Shown: piece by piece, positions 28,897 through 38,673 of the stretch | How positions within the stretch are numbered: the first letter of the stretch is position 1 | How the letters are laid out: every line of letters starts with the position of its first letter | Assembly: GCA_903857795.1 (NCBI GenBank) | Contig: CAIOGM010000159.1 | Location: 5,458-69,457 of the forward strand | Length of the DNA stretch: 64,000 nt | Source: an uncultured Geobacter sp. | Lineage (GTDB): Bacteria; Desulfobacterota; Desulfuromonadia; Geobacterales; CAIOGM01 | Direction of reading: 5' to 3' | The notes under the pieces: generated by a model | Databases searched by the model: none | The model's input: the letters and a program-made list of their open reading frames with translations, nothing else | Told to the model about the DNA's origin: nothing | Program-made: the position numbers and the translations under genes

Positions 28897-29723
28897 TTGT
28901 CCCCTCTGGTCAGGAGAGCCTTCCTCGTCTCCGCGGCATAGCGGTCCATGGCCTTCAGCTCCTGGGGTTTCAGCTTCCTGTATCCCCCCAGCTTGTTGCT
29001 CTCGAAATAATGTTTCGCCTCAGGGGTCTCGGCAAAGGCCCAGAGTGCGGCGTCGATCTCCTTCTCCCGCGGGGCGCGGCGGCTGTTCAGCATGTAGACC
29101 CGGCCGGCCATGGCCGGACTCTCGGCGAGAATCCTCAGCTGGCTCTGCAGCTCCGGTGTCAGCTTCTGAAAATTAGCCAGGGAGGTGAAGCCGACGGCGG
29201 CGTCACCTGCCGCCACCAGTTGGGCCACGCTGTCCGAAGCGCTCACATAGCGGACGGGAAGGGCGCCGAGGCCGTTGTCGCCGAGCCAGTGAAGACCCCA
29301 GAGGGTCACCAGGGAGGAGGGGCTCAATCCCAGGGCGCTCTTGCCGCTCAAATCCTTGGGGCCGTGGATCTTCCCCTTCCTGGCGACGATGGCCACCGAC
29401 TTGAACTCAGCCTTGTAGGTCAGGAGCGGCAGGTACCCCGCATCGCTCTGCAGGAGTCGCGCCTGATGTCCGGTGGTGACCGCCAGGTCATACTCGCCGG
29501 CCAGCGCCCGCCGGGCGAAGTTGTTGAAGTCCGGTGCGGTCACGACCTCCACCGGCATGTTCAGACTCTTCTCCAGGAAGAGACGCAGCGGCTGGTACAT
29601 CTCCAGGATGACCCGGGCGCTGGTGTGCGGCGCAATCCCCAGGATGAAGGGGTCACGGCTGAAGCCGCGGGAGGGGACGAGGAGCAGTGTTGCAACAAGC
29701 AGGATCCCGATGATCGTCTTCAT
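28893..29723 (-). CDS. PhnD-like periplasmic substrate-binding protein
   Basis: 276 aa with a signal peptide. The sequence ILGIAPHTSARVILEMYQPLRLFLEKSL...YDLAVTTGHQARL is typical of the phosphonate-binding (PhnD-like) fold. Its stop overlaps the kinase start by 4 nt. Confidence 0.78.
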   Translation of the reverse strand: MKTIIGILLVATLLLVPSRGFSRDPFILGIAPHTSARVILEMYQPLRLFLEKSLNMPVEVVTAPDFNNFARRALAGEYDLAVTTGHQARLLQSDAGYLPLLTYKAEFKSVAIVARKGKIHGPKDLSGKSALGLSPSSLVTLWGLHWLGDNGLGALPVRYVSASDSVAQLVAAGDAAVGFTSLANFQKLTPELQSQLRILAESPAMAGRVYMLNSRRAPREKEIDAALWAFAETPEAKHYFESNKLGGYRKLKPQELKAMDRYAAETRKALLTRGDK

Positions 29724-29753
29724 GTAACACCTCCAGTCTTAGGCTGCCGCGGA

Positions 29754-30170
29754 CTAATGCTGGAGCAGCTCCCGCACGGCCTGGAGCAGCTCCTGGTCGT
29801 TCCATGGTTTGGCGATAATCCGGTAGGCGCCCCCCTGCTTGATGGCGTCTGCGGCGGACTGAACGTCGGCGTAGCCGGTGAGGATCATCCGGGGGACTCC
29901 GGGGGCCAGGGCCTTGGCCTCCTCAAGGAAGACGGAGCCGCTCATCTCCGGCATCCGCTGGTCGCTGAGGATCAGGCCGATATTGCCGGCGTTCCGCAGG
30001 ACCTCCAGCCCCTCCCTTCCTGAGGTGGCCGTGAGTACCTGAAACGGTTCCCGCCGGAAGAGGCGTTTCAGTGACTTGAGGATGTTCTCCTCGTCATCGA
30101 CGCAGAGGACCTTGAGCGATTCGCCCCCCTCCCCCTCCTGCCGGTTCATTTTCGACTCAACTCCGCTCAT
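29754..30170 (-). CDS. Single-domain response regulator (RpfG-type receiver)
   Basis: Motifs are VLCVDDEENILKSLKRLF, ILSDQRMPEMSG and AKPW. The Met at 30149 is an alternative start. Confidence 0.88.
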   Translation of the reverse strand: MSGVESKMNRQEGEGGESLKVLCVDDEENILKSLKRLFRREPFQVLTATSGREGLEVLRNAGNIGLILSDQRMPEMSGSVFLEEAKALAPGVPRMILTGYADVQSAADAIKQGGAYRIIAKPWNDQELLQAVRELLQH

Positions 30171-30643
30171 ACTTCCTCCCCGTTCGTGCGGTGAAACTTC
30201 CGTGCGAAGGGAGGCGTTACCGTCTCCGCCTTCTCATGGGTAGTTAGCACTTTTTTCCATATTTGTACAGCCTGTCGATGCCAGCAGTGCGGTGCAATTG
30301 ACCGTGCCGGTGTCGCCACGCGGCTTAAACGGAGGTATCCCTCCTGCGAACCAATGCGTTCAATTGCGATCCGACCCCTTCGCGGGAAGGATGAATTGTG
30401 GAGAAAAGACAGCATATTGTTTCATAAACGGCATACTGTTTATTTGGGCTCGGCACGAACCGCGAATTTCTTGTGCGAGGTGTAAAAATTCAACAATAAC
30501 ATATAGTTGATGTAATAATTAGTTTTGGTTTACCTGGCAATTATTGGTATGGATCGTGATATGTCGTTGGTACTACACATGCCTGGCGGAGGGCGCCTGC
30601 GGAGAGCGCTGCAGAGTCCCCCGCGGAACTCCAAGGAGAGCAG

Positions 30644-31051
30644 ATGAATTATTGTTTCACGAGACCGGTCGACGCGGTGGAAGAGCCGTTTCATATCCTC
30701 TGTGTCGATGATGAGGAGAACATTCTCAAGTCGCTGAGGCGGCTCTTTCGGCGGGAGTCGTTCCGGGTGCTGACCGCCACCTCGGGTCGGGAGGGGTTGG
30801 AGATCTTGCAAAAGACCAGTGGTATCGCCCTGATTCTCAGTGACCAGAGGATGCCGGAGATGAGCGGTTCCGCTTTTCTCGAGGCGGCCAAGGCCTTTGC
30901 CCCCGGCATCCCCAAGATGATCCTCACCGGCTACGCCGACGTTCAGTCCGCCGCAGACGCCATCGAGCAGGGGGGCGCCTACCGGATTATCGCCAAGCCG
31001 TGGGACGATAAGGAGCTGCTCCAGGCCGTGCGGGAGCTGACCCGTCAGTAA
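30644..31051 (+). CDS. Single-domain response regulator, inverted paralogue of 29754-30170
   Basis: It has ILCVDDEENILKSLRRLF and ILSDQRMPEMSG. Its C-terminus, ILTGYADVQSAADAIEQGGAYRIIAKPWDDKELLQAVREL, is almost identical to that of the neighbour. Confidence 0.88.
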   Translation: MNYCFTRPVDAVEEPFHILCVDDEENILKSLRRLFRRESFRVLTATSGREGLEILQKTSGIALILSDQRMPEMSGSAFLEAAKAFAPGIPKMILTGYADVQSAADAIEQGGAYRIIAKPWDDKELLQAVRELTRQ

Positions 31052-31087
31052 CCGCCGGTTCATCAGAGGGCGCTCCTCTTGTTGGCG

Positions 31088-32620
31088 TCAGCTCTCCCGC
31101 GTCTGCTGGCGTTGTTCGCTGAGCAGGGGGATCCCCAGTTTTTTCATCCGGAAGAAGAGGGTGTTGGGGTTGAGTCCGAGGATGCGGGCGGCCCCTTTTT
31201 CGCCGTGTACCCGCCAGTTGGTTCCCCCCAGTACGGCGGTGATATGCTGCTGTTCCACCTCCTGCAGCGACAGGGTCAACGGATCCTGACGGCGCTGCGG
31301 CCCCTCTGGCAGGATGACCTGGAGGGTGTCGCCGCTGCTGAAAATCAGGGAGTGTTCGATGCAGTTGCGGAGTTCCCGGATGTTGCCGGGCCACGGGTAG
31401 CGTTGCAGCGCCTCCATGTCGCGGGGATTGATCTTGCAGACGGTGCGCCCCATCTTTTCTCCCACGGTTCTGACGAAGAAGCACACCAGTAGGGGGATGT
31501 CTTCACTCCGTTCCCGCAGCAGGGGGAGTTTGATGGGAAAGACGTTGAGCCGATAGAAGAGATCCTCGCGGAACCGCCCCTGACGGACCTCCTGGGCCAG
31601 GTCACGATTGGTGGCGGCGATGACCCGAACATCGGTTTGGTGGGTCTTCGGGCTGCCGAGCCGCTCGAACTGCCCCTCCTGCAGGACGCGCAGCAGCTTT
31701 GCCTGGGCGATGAGGGGGAGCTCCCCCACTTCGTCGAGAAAGAGGGTGGAGCCATCGGCCAGTTCAAAATGACCGATCTGCTGGGCGACCGCACCGGTAA
31801 AGGCCCCCTTCTCCCGACCGAACAGCTCGCTCTCCAGCAGGTTTTCCGGAATGGCCGCACAGTTTATCTTGTGCATCACCCGCTCGCTTCGCCTGCTGTT
31901 CCGGTGGATGCAGTTGGCTATCAACTCCTTGCCGGTGCCGGTCTCCCCCTGGATGAGCACCGTGCTGTCGGTGGGGGCTACCCGCTCGGCCAGCATGAGC
32001 ACCCTGTTGAGCGCCTCGCTGGCGCCGATGATCATCCCCGGGTCCATGTGGGTCAGGACTTCGGCGCGGAGATGGATGTTTTCCGTTTCAAGATTCTGTT
32101 TGAGCCGGGTGATCTCGTCCAGTTGCCGCTGTAGCTGCTCCGTCTGGAGCTGGACCTGTAGCGTAAGGCGGCTGTTCCAGTGGGCCAGCTCATCGTTCTG
32201 CTCTTTGATGGTGGCGGCGAGTCGCCGGTTCTCCCGTGTGAGGCTGTAGCTCTGCAGGGTGTCGCGGACGATGAGGAGGATGTCGTGGTCTTCCCACGGC
32301 TTGCAGATGATCCTGCTCACCCCTCCCTGATTGACGGCGCCCATGGTGCTCTGGAGGTCGGCATAACCGGTCAGGAGGATCCGGGGGGTCTGGGGGGTGA
32401 TGGCCGCCGCCGCTGACAGAAATGCCGTGCCGGTCATTTCCGGCATCCGCTGGTCGCTGAGAATCAGACCGAAGTTCCCCCCGGCCTGGAGGATGGCCAG
32501 CCCCTCCGTACCCGAGGTGGTCGTCACTACCCGGAACGACTCCTTCCTGAAGAGGCGCTTCAACGCCTTGAGAATGTCTTCCTCGTCATCCACGCAGAGG
32601 ACGGTGAGCGGTTCGTCCAT
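31088..32620 (-). CDS. Sigma-54-dependent response regulator (REC, coiled coil, AAA+ with GAFTGA, Fis-type HTH)
   Basis: It has Walker A GETGTGKE, GAFTGA (EKGAFTGA), WPGNIRELRN and a C-terminal HTH. The receiver belongs to the same paralogue family as the two small regulators. A GGAG RBS favours the Met at 32620, although the track ORF starts at 32659. Confidence 0.9.
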   Translation of the reverse strand: MDEPLTVLCVDDEEDILKALKRLFRKESFRVVTTTSGTEGLAILQAGGNFGLILSDQRMPEMTGTAFLSAAAAITPQTPRILLTGYADLQSTMGAVNQGGVSRIICKPWEDHDILLIVRDTLQSYSLTRENRRLAATIKEQNDELAHWNSRLTLQVQLQTEQLQRQLDEITRLKQNLETENIHLRAEVLTHMDPGMIIGASEALNRVLMLAERVAPTDSTVLIQGETGTGKELIANCIHRNSRRSERVMHKINCAAIPENLLESELFGREKGAFTGAVAQQIGHFELADGSTLFLDEVGELPLIAQAKLLRVLQEGQFERLGSPKTHQTDVRVIAATNRDLAQEVRQGRFREDLFYRLNVFPIKLPLLRERSEDIPLLVCFFVRTVGEKMGRTVCKINPRDMEALQRYPWPGNIRELRNCIEHSLIFSSGDTLQVILPEGPQRRQDPLTLSLQEVEQQHITAVLGGTNWRVHGEKGAARILGLNPNTLFFRMKKLGIPLLSEQRQQTRES

Positions 32621-32723
32621 GGGGGAATTCTCCGGCTGGCAGGTGGGGTAGGGTAACATGAGAGATTGGGTACGGGTATTTCACGGATGTATGCAGTACC
32701 CGGAGACGTACTGTAGCACATAG

Positions 32724-32743
32724 GGGCGAATTTTGGTTCGCCC
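32724..32743 (-). terminator. Weak hairpin after protease A (GGGCGAA / TTCGCCC)
   Basis: A 7-bp stem with a 6-nt loop and no convincing T-run on the minus strand. Confidence 0.25.
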
Positions 32744-32783
32744 GATTTGTATTCCTGCCCGGTGGAACGGTTTTTAATGTCAG

Positions 32784-33395
32784 TCAGTCGCTCCAGAGGA
32801 TGGTCTGGGAGGTTACGTCGAGTTGGTGCCTGAACCGTCCGAGGAAGTTCATGCCGAGCCATCCATCGAAGGGGAGTGGCGGTCCGGTCACCGGGAGGAT
32901 GCCGACGTCGATGTCGTGGAGGGTCTTCGGGCCGACGGTGAGGGTCTCCAGGGTCGTCTGTCGGGACGGAACGTTCCTCCCGTCGGCCACTTGGGTCAAT
33001 CCCCGGGTGATCTCCTCCGCCGGTATGCCGAGCCTCTCCGCAAGGCTCTCGGAGATGATCGTGATCGAGGCGCCCGTGTCCAGGAGGAAGCGGCAGTTCA
33101 CGGTTCTGCCGCGATGGCTGGCGGTCACCGCCAGGTAGACCCTGTTGTCGGATACCGTTACGCTGCTGCTCGTGGCTCTCGGCTCACGACCTTCGGCAGT
33201 CGTCCGCACTCGTGTCCGGCTACGGTAGCGGTCGGGAATCTTCCCCGCTTCATCCACGAAGACCAGCGTGCCGTCACTGTCGGTATAGTGAAAACAGTCG
33301 GCGACAGCCGACCCGCCATGGGACAGGTTCGGCAGCGAAAGCATGCTAACCAGCTGTATGGCTGCGGCGTACTGCAGTACCGGTATCATGCTCAT
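32784..33395 (-). CDS. Secreted retropepsin-like (clan AA, TIGR02281-type) aspartic protease, copy A
   Basis: 203 aa with an N-terminal hydrophobic signal or anchor. A DUF4124-like segment (FHYTDSDGTLVFVDEAGKIP) is followed by the single catalytic motif FLLDTGAS and the C-terminal LGMNFL motif. The start overlaps the stop of the upstream giant gene (ATGA). Confidence 0.75.
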   Translation of the reverse strand: MSMIPVLQYAAAIQLVSMLSLPNLSHGGSAVADCFHYTDSDGTLVFVDEAGKIPDRYRSRTRVRTTAEGREPRATSSSVTVSDNRVYLAVTASHRGRTVNCRFLLDTGASITIISESLAERLGIPAEEITRGLTQVADGRNVPSRQTTLETLTVGPKTLHDIDVGILPVTGPPLPFDGWLGMNFLGRFRHQLDVTSQTILWSD

Positions 33396-36300
33396 CTCTC
33401 CTGGACGTGGACGATCTTTTTTACCGGACGGTTACCGCTGCGGGTGATGAGAAGCGGCGAGTCGCCCGGCGGTTTACCCTGCAGGGCCGTACCGATCCGC
33501 CGCTCTTCCTTGTCGGTGAATATGGAGACGTTCTGGCCGGGACTCCCCGAACTGAGATTGATCTGTTCGAACGCTCCGGTGGACATCTGTATCAGGGCTT
33601 TCCCCTGAAGTGACCCGGGGGGGATCTGGTATCCGGTGTTGTAGGCCACTCCCCAGAGATAGGATGTCCCCCCGAAGCCGCAGATGTCGGCGGTGGGTTT
33701 GAACGAGGTAAAAAATACCTGACCATTGGTCAACGCTACCGTGTTGGTGACGATCCGTTCCGCGCCGGTGGTGGATGCCGCCGGATCAAGATTGATATAC
33801 CACCCTTTATCGGTCCCCACCGTCAATGCACTGGTCGCGCCGGTTGACTGATTGGTCAGGTTACTGAACGTAAGGGGGGTATCCTCGCAGGTATCACTGC
33901 TGTTTTTAAGATCATTGGCCGCTGAATAACAGGGTTCCTTGATGCCGAAGATGCCCCTCTGGCCGCTGCTATCATCCACCCCGGTGGCGCCGGAACGGTA
34001 GAAATAACGTCCGGTCCCGAAATAGAGCCAGAGATTTTCATTGTCCTTATTCCGGTTCTGAAGTCGCGCCATGGCCGTGGTCACCGGCCCGATACCGCTG
34101 ATAACCTTGCTGAGCTTCCAGGTGGTTGGATCGATATTTTCATAGGTCATCAGCCGCAGCACCCCGCCGTCGGTCCAACTGTAGGACCCCGAGGAACCGG
34201 CTCTCGCCACGTAACCAAAATAGAGGGCGTCATCCTGGTAATTACCGGGCGAGGAGGAATTCCAGCGGTCCGAGTCGATGGGGCCGCCACTCAACGAACC
34301 CCCGAAACCGTTGGCAATGGTTGAATTGTCTTTCAGAGTGCTGATGGTGGTCACCAGGGTTCCGCTCTCCGCGTCAAGAACAAAAACCTTCAGCGGTTTG
34401 TCTGATTTTCCCATGAACTGGTGATTGGTGGTGTCGATAGGGCCGGTGGGGCCTGAGACGAAGACGGCAAACCACCTGCCGTTCTTGGTTTTGTCGCCGA
34501 CTCTGAGGATCGCCGGACCGTTCATGCTGTAGCCGAGATCAGGGTCGGAGAATTCCCACTTCAACTTAGGGGCTGTCGGATCGGTAACGTCCAGGGCGAA
34601 GTAGGTGGAGTAGCCCAGCCCTTTGGTCCCATCGGCGGGGTCGGTCCGGGGGGTCTTGACGCAATCGGTACAACTGTCACCGGTGATTCGTGTCGCCCCG
34701 CCGAGTCCCATGCCGCCGATGAGGATGCTCTTCCAACTGGCGGCGGTTCTGGTGCAATCCCAGTAGTCGGTGCTCGTGCAGGCGGTAGCCTTGGCGCTGC
34801 TGATGTCGGCGATGACCGGGGTGGCGTCCACGTAATACAGGTGGTTGTACGCCGGGTCGGCGAGGTACTTGAGATAGGGGAGGGCCTGTTTCGGGATGAA
34901 CGCCCACTGCTCCGTCCCCAGGTTGGCGCCACTCAGGGTCGCCTTCACGGCGCCGTGCTGGGTGACATCCATTGTCCCGAGTTTGAAGGCATGGAGCATA
35001 CCGTCATTGGCGCCGGCGAACACCATCCCGCGATTCTTGTAGCTGCTGGTCGAGAAGAACGAGGTATAGGTTGAATCGTTATATCCTGCCGGTTTGAGCA
35101 GATGGTAATTGTTGACCGGCAAACCCGATTCAATTTTGGGCGTCGAGGAGACAATATCTCCCAGTTTCCAGACGTTGGCCTGAGTGCCGATGTAGGCGTT
35201 GCGGCTCCGGTAGCCGGTTTTATCCGTCCCCAGGAGATAATTGATGATGTCCGAGGCCTCGGCGCCGCTGGCGGCCTGCAGATATGACTGGATTTTGGTG
35301 TTATTGGCGGCGGTGAACCCCATGAAGCCGTTGGTGCAGGTCGCGGTGGGGAGACAACTGGTGTACACGGTGCGGTCTGCCGGGGCGGTGGACCAGAGGA
35401 GCGCTCCTGCCCGCCAGAGGGCCTGAACATCCTCAGGGTAGGCGAAACCGTCGGAACTGTCACCGACACCGTCACCGTTGGTGTCCTTGATAAATTCAAC
35501 CTTGGTCTGATTCACACTGGGATTACTGTCAAAAAAGAAGCGGACGATCCGGTCCGTGGCCAGATTCAAGAGATGGCTTCCCGAAGTATATCCCGTGTCT
35601 TCCCGGATGGTGCTGTTGCCGATGAACGGATCGATATAGTACCAGAGGTTCAGCAACTCTCCGCTCCAGGTCACCGTGGAGGTGGTACTGCTGCCGAAGA
35701 TCTTGGAGGGGTAAAAGATTGCCTGGATAAGGTTGGCGCCGGTCCCTTCGCTGTTGCTGAGAATCGAGGCGGCAGTACCCGAGGCGACCCTCTTGAGAAT
35801 GTCGGTTAACGCCTTGTTCAGCTGCTGTTCCATCTGCAAGGGGTTGGAGATCAGATAATAGGTATCCGGGTCACCGCTGTTTTGGGAATCCCATTCATGG
35901 CACCCGCTTGCCGGAGTCGCGGTTCCGCAACTGCTGTCGGTATAAGGAACTCCGTCGCCGTTGATATCGTTGAATGCCCCATACTTGGCGGCGAACCAGA
36001 GGGGATTCTTGGGGAGTGTCCCTCCTGTGCCGTCGGGAGTGAAGATCATGGCGCGGGTTTCAGGGAGTTGCCTGATGGTCGCACTCTGGGAGCAGTAGCC
36101 GTGTTCGGTATAGTGTAAGGGGGTGCAATCAGTCGGATTGTTCCATTTTCTGACAGGGAGATACAGCCCATCGGTTGTCGTCCCCGCCACCACGAAGCCG
36201 ATGGCCGCATCATTGCCGGCGGAAGAGTATTTGGACTCCACTGTTACCCTGACCCTGCCGTTGGGCACATCCGGACAATGTCCCGCTGAGCATTCCGTTG

Positions 36301-38575
36301 ACGTGCAATAGTTGTAATTGTTGGTTCCACAGCTCTTCCGGGGACAACTTGCCCCCTCACAGACCTCATATTCCGCCAGGGTATCCATGTCGTAGTCCCC
36401 CCCGCCGATGTCGTCGGAACTGATCCTGAACCGGACATATTTCATCAATCCCGTCGCGGTATCGTACAGCGGATCGCCGAGGATATAGTAACTCACCATC
36501 TGTAAGCGTGGGCAGGCGCCGGTGGACGTCCCGGACGGAGTAAGAACCAGCCCTTTTGAGGGAGTATTGACCGAGGTATCCGGTTGCGTAGTCGGCGAGA
36601 GAGACTGGGTGTACTGACCGGAGCAGTTCCAGGTGATGCCGTTTACCGTGCCGTTTGCCATGGATTGTCCGGTGGGAATAATCGTCATCGTGCTGGATCC
36701 GGCCTTGATTTTCAGCTCCGGGACGTACGAGGGGAACGGGAGGGAATAGAACGTCACATTGGGCTTGCCGGGAAGTTCCGTCGAGATCTTGGTATGGCCG
36801 TAAAAGGCCATGGCTGCCGGCGAAAAACTCCCCTGCTCGTCCGGTTCGGCAGGGCATAAGCCCCGGCTGCTCCCCAGCTTGCCGGTACTGCTGAAGGTTT
36901 TTTTCGTGCAGAAGGTGTCGGAATTGACCCCCTTGACCTCTCCGATCATGGCGGTTGTCAACGCTTCATTGGTTCCGATGGTGTTGGTGAGGGCCTTGAC
37001 ATTGAGGTGTGGCAGGTCGTTGGTCGTAGTGGCGGCGATTGTGCCGAAATCCGAGCCGGGAATCTGGTCGGAGTCGTAACTGTTGTAAATGTCACTGAAG
37101 AGGAGCACGAACGGCTTTGAACATGAAGGGAAATTTGTCAGAGGAGTATCCCAGGAGGGAGCGGGCAGATTGAGGTCGTTATCGTTGCCCAGCGTGCTGC
37201 TTCCGGTCGACCCATTGGTGATTCCTGTTGAGAAGGCCGTGGTGGCGCTCCCTAACCCGACAATGTAGCGCAGCGACTCGTAGATGATTTCACCCATGGG
37301 GTTCCCCCAGTGAGTCGGCAGGGGGTAGCTCAAGGGGCAGCGGAAGTTTTCCAGAGTTCCGATGATATTCCCCTTGGCATTGAGGGTGTTGTCGAAGAGT
37401 CCGGTGGAGTTGTTGATCTCATCGAGCACGCTGCTGATCTGTTTCCGCAGGACACCGCCTGCCTGCGGGTTTTTGTACGAGCCGGTGAGCAGGCCAAAGT
37501 ACATGCTGGAACGGTCAAGACAGACGCCAATCGCCGTGCCGCCGTTGTTGGCGGCGTTACAGTCGGTATCGGAAGTGCAGCTTTTATTCAACGTCTTTGA
37601 ACAGACTTTTGTCCCGTCGGATGTGCCGAATTTTTGCAGGATCCCCACTGGTTTGTAGTTTGCCCCGTACTGTTGGCATTTACCCGGCACCGGCTCAAGG
37701 TAGCTGCTATCGCATACCTTGACACTGACCTCATAGTCAACGCTGGAAAAAGTTACCGATTCGGCCACCCCGTCGTTGTTATTGTCGATCTTGTTGGTGG
37801 CGCAGATGGTGTCGGCGCCGTCCACTGATGCCCAGTGCCAGGGGCGCAAGGGGAATATCGCGTTACCGTTTGAGACATCGGCAGTGGTTATCGTGCCGGG
37901 ATCGGCGACGACTCTGATCAAGCTCCTGGGGGAAGAGCTGCTGTCGTTGGTGGTCACGCAAAACAGGCTTCGTTTCCCGGAAACGGCACTGGGGAACAGC
38001 TTGCGCTGGTCCGCCGGCGCCGGAGTTTTTGCCATATCCTCATACCGGGGATACTCCTTCCCCCAGCTGTGACCGTCGCGAGGGATCTGTTCCCCGCTGA
38101 GGATGGTGCTGGTAGCCGTATCGGTTGTCCTGCTGCCACCATAGAGAACCCGCCGGACAACGTCCATCCGGGTCATGGAGAGCCAGTTGAGAAAATTGCC
38201 GGCCCACTCGCTGCTGGTGCCGGAACAGTATTTGTCGGTGGTGAGGCTGGTCGGAGAAAACAGTTTGTTGGAACTGCTGTAGGTGTAACATTTGTACGGG
38301 TCGAAATAGCCGTAGTAATCGATGCCGTGCTTGTACCCTACGTCCAGTTGCCCGTCATCGTTCAGATCAGAGGCGTCATTGTATGCGGCATAGTACATTT
38401 TATGGTCCTTGCTCATGCTCAGGAGGACCAGCGGCGGGATTGTCTGGGTAATGAACGGCGGTTGTATGCAGTAGTCGTTCATCACCGCCGCCCATGCCGG
38501 TGTGCAATGCACGGCAGCCAACACCACGGTCAGTCCGCACACTATTCTGAAGATCGTCTGCACTCTCTTGTTCAT
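33392..38575 (-). CDS. Giant secreted PilY1/PilC-like protein, copy A (degenerate vWA-like N-domain plus C-terminal beta-propeller)
   Basis: 1727 aa with a signal peptide ending TPAWA. PilY1 N-terminal block: PPLVLLSMSKDHKMYYAAYNDASDLNDDGQLD...YYGYFDPYKCY and GNFLNWLSMTRMDVVRRVLYGG. C-terminal PilY1 hallmarks: VFAGANDGMLHAFKLG, EQWAFIP, ILIGGMGLGG, YFALDVTDP, LWLYFGTGRYF and GERIVTN. It also has a DTNGDGVGD Ca-loop-like motif. Confidence 0.8.
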   Translation of the reverse strand: MNKRVQTIFRIVCGLTVVLAAVHCTPAWAAVMNDYCIQPPFITQTIPPLVLLSMSKDHKMYYAAYNDASDLNDDGQLDVGYKHGIDYYGYFDPYKCYTYSSSNKLFSPTSLTTDKYCSGTSSEWAGNFLNWLSMTRMDVVRRVLYGGSRTTDTATSTILSGEQIPRDGHSWGKEYPRYEDMAKTPAPADQRKLFPSAVSGKRSLFCVTTNDSSSSPRSLIRVVADPGTITTADVSNGNAIFPLRPWHWASVDGADTICATNKIDNNNDGVAESVTFSSVDYEVSVKVCDSSYLEPVPGKCQQYGANYKPVGILQKFGTSDGTKVCSKTLNKSCTSDTDCNAANNGGTAIGVCLDRSSMYFGLLTGSYKNPQAGGVLRKQISSVLDEINNSTGLFDNTLNAKGNIIGTLENFRCPLSYPLPTHWGNPMGEIIYESLRYIVGLGSATTAFSTGITNGSTGSSTLGNDNDLNLPAPSWDTPLTNFPSCSKPFVLLFSDIYNSYDSDQIPGSDFGTIAATTTNDLPHLNVKALTNTIGTNEALTTAMIGEVKGVNSDTFCTKKTFSSTGKLGSSRGLCPAEPDEQGSFSPAAMAFYGHTKISTELPGKPNVTFYSLPFPSYVPELKIKAGSSTMTIIPTGQSMANGTVNGITWNCSGQYTQSLSPTTQPDTSVNTPSKGLVLTPSGTSTGACPRLQMVSYYILGDPLYDTATGLMKYVRFRISSDDIGGGDYDMDTLAEYEVCEGASCPRKSCGTNNYNYCTSTECSAGHCPDVPNGRVRVTVESKYSSAGNDAAIGFVVAGTTTDGLYLPVRKWNNPTDCTPLHYTEHGYCSQSATIRQLPETRAMIFTPDGTGGTLPKNPLWFAAKYGAFNDINGDGVPYTDSSCGTATPASGCHEWDSQNSGDPDTYYLISNPLQMEQQLNKALTDILKRVASGTAASILSNSEGTGANLIQAIFYPSKIFGSSTTSTVTWSGELLNLWYYIDPFIGNSTIREDTGYTSGSHLLNLATDRIVRFFFDSNPSVNQTKVEFIKDTNGDGVGDSSDGFAYPEDVQALWRAGALLWSTAPADRTVYTSCLPTATCTNGFMGFTAANNTKIQSYLQAASGAEASDIINYLLGTDKTGYRSRNAYIGTQANVWKLGDIVSSTPKIESGLPVNNYHLLKPAGYNDSTYTSFFSTSSYKNRGMVFAGANDGMLHAFKLGTMDVTQHGAVKATLSGANLGTEQWAFIPKQALPYLKYLADPAYNHLYYVDATPVIADISSAKATACTSTDYWDCTRTAASWKSILIGGMGLGGATRITGDSCTDCVKTPRTDPADGTKGLGYSTYFALDVTDPTAPKLKWEFSDPDLGYSMNGPAILRVGDKTKNGRWFAVFVSGPTGPIDTTNHQFMGKSDKPLKVFVLDAESGTLVTTISTLKDNSTIANGFGGSLSGGPIDSDRWNSSSPGNYQDDALYFGYVARAGSSGSYSWTDGGVLRLMTYENIDPTTWKLSKVISGIGPVTTAMARLQNRNKDNENLWLYFGTGRYFYRSGATGVDDSSGQRGIFGIKEPCYSAANDLKNSSDTCEDTPLTFSNLTNQSTGATSALTVGTDKGWYINLDPAASTTGAERIVTNTVALTNGQVFFTSFKPTADICGFGGTSYLWGVAYNTGYQIPPGSLQGKALIQMSTGAFEQINLSSGSPGQNVSIFTDKEERRIGTALQGKPPGDSPLLITRSGNRPVKKIVHVQER

Positions 38576-38640
38576 GGGATACCTCTTGGATGATGATTGT
38601 CTTCATGGTGGCCGATTTTTCACTATGCGTGGATCTGTGT

Positions 38641-38673
38641 AATATTTGAATAATTAAAAATTATTCAAATATT
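38641..38673. promoter_or_regulatory. Perfect 15-3-15 palindrome AATATTTGAATAATT-aaa-AATTATTCAAATATT upstream of PilY1-like gene A
   Basis: Both arms were read and reverse-complemented by hand and match exactly. It lies 66-98 nt upstream of the start codon. The sequence is certain; an operator function is inferred. Confidence 0.6.

Noticed and set aside
30293-30309. A sigma-54-like element upstream of the 29754-30170 regulator (minus strand cGGCACggtcaaTTGCA)
   Set aside because: The GG-to-GC spacing is 11 rather than 10 nt, and sigma-54 promoters tolerate essentially no spacing change.
30171-30643. An invertible promoter switch flanked by the inverted paralogous regulator genes
   Set aside because: The inverted repeats are diverged coding sequences rather than short recombinase sites. 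No invertase or recombinase gene is in the window. Only homologous recombination could flip the segment, and I have no evidence that it does.
38400-38606. A 68-aa ORF (MKTIIIQEVSHE...) starting just upstream of PilY1-like gene A, considered as a counterpart of the 118-aa small protein of cassette B
   Set aside because: It overlaps the giant gene out of frame for most of its length. It has no signal peptide and no similarity to the cassette B small protein.
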